From a virus: a stretch of 39,727 nucleotides of DNA. A program made the position numbers and the translations under genes. Where the stretch lies: IMG/VR virus record IMGVR_UViG_3300046513_000137, positions 1 through 39,727 of that record; one strand, 5' to 3'. Of the stretch, positions 39,377-39,727 are shown piece by piece. Every line of letters starts with the position of its first letter. Position 1 is the first letter of the stretch. Under the pieces are notes generated by a model. That model ran no database searches and was not told the DNA's origin. It was given only the letters and a program-made list of their open reading frames with translations.

Positions 39377-39727
39377 TCACACGCTCCCCATTGATTGCAG
39401 ACGGTCGAGAAGTCACGGGCCAGCAGCGAGTATTGTCTGCCGCCCCGGTCTGTCTTGGCCCACTCGACCATGCGGCGGACGCCAAATTGCTCCAGAGAAA
39501 AGCTGTCGATTGCCCGACCGACCCGCTCCAATGCGGCCCATTCCGACTGCATTACAGGATCGTTCACGAGATTGAAGAAGGTGGCGTGGCCCATCTTGCA
39601 CGCTTCGCTGATGATCGCTTCCCACTCTTCCAAGCGCTCGATTTGCTCAGGGAAATATTGGTCAACGAGCGCCAGCTCGGCTTTTGAGCAGTTGATGCAG
39701 GGAAAGCAGCCGACGCGCTTTAAGCCC
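39373..39727 (-). CDS. PAPS reductase family protein, 3' (C-terminal) part. Nt 39601-39727 duplicate nt 1-127.
   Basis: ORF 39373..39633 (…EEWEAIISEACKMGHATFFNL…) is in frame with 1..759 across the repeat. The joined gene is 987 nt (328 aa). Confidence 0.8.
   Translation of the reverse strand, partial: GLKRVGCFPCINCSKAELALVDQYFPEQIERLEEWEAIISEACKMGHATFFNLVNDPVMQSEWAALERVGRAIDSFSLEQFGVRRMVEWAKTDRGGRQYSLLARDFSTVCNQWGACE
39601..39727. repeat. Terminal direct repeat, copy 2 (identical to 1-127)
   Basis: Compared base by base with nt 1-127. Confidence 0.97.

Overview
This window is a complete, circularly closed genome of a temperate phage, about 39.6 kb. Nt 1-127 are identical to nt 39601-39727, so the unique length is 39,600 bp. 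The linearisation point cuts through a PAPS-reductase-family gene.

The gene content points to a podovirus-like phage of a GC-rich alphaproteobacterium, probably Rhizobiales-like. Supporting signatures are a GcrA-like regulator, a DUF1515-like lysis protein, a GH19-type endolysin and a terminase small subunit with the SGNPGGRPK motif.

Layout:
- (a) Leftward early operon, 5863 down to 1, wrapping to 39600 and continuing down to 36902. It carries small unknown genes, an ERF annealase, a YqaJ exonuclease, a PAPS-reductase-like gene, a DUF968-like gene, an xis-like gene and int.
- (b) A candidate attP at 36693-36894. A tRNA-Leu(UAA) 5'-half look-alike is flanked by four GTTGTGCAAA arm-type repeats.
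- (c) Immunity region, 5941-8371. It holds the PL/OL and PR/OR candidates, a CI (HTH + S24) repressor and a Cro-like gene. It also holds an Arc/Mnt-type RHH gene transcribed divergently from an HTH-less CI C-terminal-domain paralog in which both catalytic residues are replaced.
- (d) Rightward early/middle operon, 8319-13916. It carries small genes, a compact C5 DNA methyltransferase with a fully open +1 frame, RusA, a GcrA-like regulator and a NusG/RfaH-like factor.
- (e) A low-GC moron, a highly structured leader and several tiny membrane-peptide genes, 13916-15341.
- (f) Late operon, 15464-36199: TerS, TerL, portal, scaffold, P22-coat-type capsid, an embedded glycosyltransferase, adaptor/tail proteins, three internal virion proteins, a glucosaminidase-type virion lysin and a tail fibre. 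These are followed by an SGNH esterase, an AT3 acyltransferase and the lysis cassette.

Nearly all genes are joined by ATGA or GTGA start/stop overlaps. I recognised no complete tRNA, rRNA, CRISPR array, reverse transcriptase or replication initiator/helicase.

All functional calls come from motifs read by eye in the supplied translations. No database search was run.
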